Positions 63,750-64,000 of a stretch of 64,000 nucleotides of DNA are shown piece by piece (the first letter of the stretch is position 1; the number at the start of each line of letters is the position of its first letter). The DNA lies in contig CAYPLB010000001.1 in the NCBI GenBank assembly GCA_964411565.1, positions 106,839 to 170,838 on the forward strand, read 5' to 3'. The notes below the pieces were generated by a model. That model was not told the DNA's origin. It made no database searches and worked only from the letters and a program-made list of their open reading frames with translations. The position numbers and the translations under genes are program-made. This stretch comes from Candidatus Woesearchaeota archaeon. Lineage in GTDB: Archaea; Nanobdellota; Nanobdellia; SCGC-AAA011-G17; GW2011-AR17.

Positions 63750-64000
63750 ATGGATAAATTAACTCTTATATTTAGTGATATTGAAGCTGGTGGTGGAACT
63801 ACAACTGATGATTTAGTAGAAGAAGATCTTTTGTGTCAAGTTATTAGAAATAATTTTTCTTATGCTAAGGAATATCCTACAGATCTTGTTTTGAATGGAG
63901 ATATTTTTGATTTTATGAAAAGTCCATATAAGAAAGAGTATCCTAGACATATTACCGAAAATATTTCTTTGTGGAAATTAGAAAGAATTGCTAAAGCACA
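63750..64000 (+). CDS. hypothetical protein, 5' partial view (runs off window end); weak calcineurin-like phosphoesterase resemblance
   Basis: MDKLTLIFSDIEAGGG...LVLNGDIFDF resembles metallophosphoesterase motifs I and II (D-x-H-x-G ... GD-x-x-D), but Glu replaces the His. Confidence 0.35.
   Translation, partial: MDKLTLIFSDIEAGGGTTTDDLVEEDLLCQVIRNNFSYAKEYPTDLVLNGDIFDFMKSPYKKEYPRHITENISLWKLERIAKA

Noticed and set aside
1-64000. tRNA, rRNA, CRISPR arrays, IS elements and integrases
   Set aside because: No GC-rich cloverleaf-sized islands occur in the short intergenic spacers. There are no long non-coding stretches, no regularly spaced repeats outside coding sequence, and no transposase or integrase-like ORFs. 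The only mobile elements seen are the two inteins.

Overview
This is an AT-rich window (roughly 30% GC by eye), gene-dense with short intergenic spacers and TATA-like elements about 25-30 bp upstream of many ATGs. It looks archaeal. The evidence is an archaeal-type FEN-1 flap endonuclease, MBF1, split transketolase, RlmE, a Trm5/Taw2-like methyltransferase, and a HerA-like ATPase interrupted by two LAGLIDADG inteins. The K/I/N-rich proteome is compatible with a DPANN-like or similar small-genome archaeon, but that is inference only. Most of the window is one large cell-surface glycan/envelope biosynthesis island. It holds at least four GT2 dolichyl-phosphate-sugar-synthase-like genes, four GT4 genes, three ArnT/PMT-like GT-C membrane glycosyltransferases, and a MOP/Wzx flippase. 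It also encodes a 1028-aa surface protein with about 65 N-x-S/T sequons in repeated modules. Embedded in the island is a tightly packed 8-gene minus-strand operon at 27904..35687. It runs ROK kinase, HAD, shikimate-DH-like, HAD-PMI-cupin fusion, NTase-APH-kinase fusion, SIS isomerase, then the two halves of a split transketolase. I read this as an undescribed nucleotide-activated higher-sugar (heptose-like) pathway fed from sedoheptulose-7-phosphate. A divergent neighbouring module carries two B12-binding radical SAM enzymes, two CDP-alcohol phosphatidyltransferases (one fused to a SAM methyltransferase), further methyltransferases and a paralogous NTase. A separate NTase-ParB-like-NTase tri-domain protein lies further upstream at 23191..25011. 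Other notable items are two type II toxin-antitoxin pairs (MNT/HEPN and RelE/antitoxin), a eukaryotic-like membrane Ser/Thr kinase, and a recurrent TATAAAGG-TT-TATGAAGG promoter-proximal motif. The right end holds an informational/RNA-modification block with the two-intein ATPase. I saw no rRNA, tRNA, CRISPR array or IS element.
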